NCBI GenBank assembly: GCA_001179505.1
Contig: CDMY01000444.1
Location: 11,636 to 75,635 of the forward strand
Length of the DNA stretch: 64,000 bases
Origin: Vitrella brassicaformis CCMP3155
Taxonomy: Eukaryota > Protista > Chromerida
Reading direction: 5' to 3'
The notes beneath the pieces are model-generated. The model did no database searches, was not told the DNA's origin, and saw only the letters and a program-made list of their open reading frames with translations. Within the stretch, counting starts at the first letter, position 1; every line of letters starts with the position of its first letter. Position numbers and translations under genes: made by a program. Positions 62,271 to 64,000 of the stretch are shown here, piece after piece.

Positions 62271-63794
62271 TCAATCGATACCCAGCGGCACGAATTGATG
62301 TCTCTCATTATCCAAGTATCCCAGCTGCTCCCACCCACTGAACTCGCAGTCGTCATTGCCAAGATGCTCGTTGAAGCCCTTCTCCACACCCTCGACACCG
62401 TGCTGCGCCGCCTCGTCCAACCGGGCCCTGTGCACCACCTCCCGCACACCCAGCAGCCGATGCTGCCCACTCCCACCATTGACGGCAAAGCATTGCAGCG
62501 GCACTCGCACCGTCAGCGCGCCCACGTCGGCTAATGCACCCACCACCTCTCTGTTGCCTCTCGCCCGAGTGCTCGCCTGACTGACAAAGTGGCCGACAGC
62601 CACACGCATGCGACGCCTCAGACGCGAGTCGCCGATAAGATGCTCGTCGATCGCCGCCATAGCGGCAGAAGGCTCGTAAACAAACGCAGCGATCTTCCAG
62701 CTGATGGCCTCCGCCTCTTGTGGACCGAATGAGAGGTTGGAGGGGGATGGGCAGGGGTAGTCGCCGTCGTGATGAGGGGCGATTGGCAGCAGAGGGGTGA
62801 TGACGGATGCGAGCCACCGCTGGGGGCGAAGGGCACCGTTGATTGCCGCCATGACCACACTCGGCAGCTCGTTGAGCACTGCCGCATACTCAGCCAGCAC
62901 CAGCTGCCGTGATGGTTCGGTCAGGCTGGAGATGAGCGACAGGGATGGCGCCGCCCCGCCCCGCAGAAGCACACGTGCAGTGGTCTGGTACCGCTGGCAC
63001 CGTCGCGCGCAAAACTCTCTCATCGAGTCTCGTTGTTCATTCTGCATTAGGTGATGGTAATGCTTCAGCTGGTAGGCACTCAGGGCCAGGGCCGTGAGGG
63101 TTGCGTCGTTTGGGGCCGAGCCGTTGACGTCATCGGCACTCAAATGGCGGCACAGATAGTGGGCAACACGGTAGGAGCCGGATTGACCCGCCTTTTGCAA
63201 GGGGGTCAATCCTTCGCCTTGGAGCTCTCTTGCTGTTATGTTGGCCCCATGGTTCGCGATCAGGTCGAGATACTTGTCAATGAAGGCTTGAGAGAAGGAG
63301 AAATGCCAGAAATCGGCTGCATGATGAACCAGGTTTGGTCGCAAGGGATATCGCTGTTCTTCGGTTGCGAGCGTCGCGTCTCGTTCGACGAGCCGCCGGT
63401 AGATGAGCAGTCAAACGTCCTCATGCTGCTTGGGCAGCGGCGTGCGGTGGAGATATGGAAGCTCCATAATGAACATGCCGCGGACGTCAGGATTGCGGTC
63501 GAAGAGCACGTCACATGCAGCCACATTGCAAGCATGGACCGCCATGTGTAGAGGCCTCCTCTCCACCGGAAAGCCGGCCGCATTCAGGTCTGCCCCGCCA
63601 TCGATGAGTGTGGTAAGGACGTCTCGCTGCAGCCGAGATGAAGGCCACTGAGGAACTTTGATCCAGGCAGGACCCACGCGTGAGTTGGGGCCCCAGTAGA
63701 GTATCGTCTTGAATTTTTTTATTTCAAGGAGAGATAATTGACAGATGGCATCCATGCACTCGCTTGTCCAAATCGCCTCCATGAATCTATCCAC
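62271..63794 (-). pseudogene. Ankyrin-repeat protein (intron-poor family) interrupted by an in-frame TGA at 63411-63413
   Basis: LIDGGADLNA...RPLHMAV, LIANHGANI...GLTPLQKA, and further Ank-like segments. ORFs 63411-63794 and 62271-63344 share a frame, and the 66 nt between them translate cleanly (LLIYRRLVERDATLATEEQRYP). Confidence 0.75.
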
Positions 63795-64000
63795 ATATGC
63801 CTATGCACAAAGGGCACGCTCACTCATCCGATGAGAACACCCCAGCCCCGTCCATCGCCCCAACACCACGCCATGCCTCCCTCAAACACAGGCTAGCAGC
63901 CCGCACCAATGCAACAGACAAACGAGCACGCAGCCACCCATGCACTCGCCCTCGCCCCCTATCTGACCACCCCTGCCTCGTCAACAGCTGCTCAGTCAAG

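Noticed and set aside
23131-63413. Selenocysteine or genome-wide UGA reassignment explaining two in-frame TGAs
   Set aside because: TGA terminates intact genes here (PMA1, HPR-PUS). One TGA aligns to Trp rather than Cys, no SECIS could be identified, and a TAG nonsense also occurs at 10373.

Overview
Intron-dense, GC-rich eukaryotic DNA. The short introns are filled with (GT)n/(CA)n/(GA)n/(GACA)n microsatellites. Architecture and gene content point to a chromerid alveolate such as Vitrella brassicaformis (inference). Because genes are spliced, most ORFs in the supplied track are exon fragments or antisense shadows; I assembled the exons by eye. The right third holds recognisable genes: a P3A plasma-membrane H+-ATPase (minus, 41017-47105), a TPR protein, mitochondrial HslU (51208-54185), a fusion of 37-aa heptatricopeptide-like helical repeats to an RluA-family pseudouridine synthase (57839-61933), and an ankyrin-repeat gene interrupted by an in-frame TGA. 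The left two thirds is a duplication-rich accessory region. From 1 to 17.6 kb is a mosaic of shuffled modules carrying up to eight degenerate S-adenosylmethionine synthetase (MAT) remnant blocks (five clear, three weak), punctuated by a fixed-length 23-bp motif that recurs twice more at 32-34 kb. Then come a BTB gene, two tandem RING-CH membrane E3 ligase paralogs, a small secreted helical protein and two inverted gene duplications, one copy of which carries a ~140-bp frameshifted acetyl-CoA synthetase fragment; a second secreted helical protein follows at 39.5 kb. No rRNA, tRNA, CRISPR array or transposase was recognised. The strongest candidates for new biology are the HPR-RluA fusion, the MAT-remnant array and the 23-bp motif that punctuates it.
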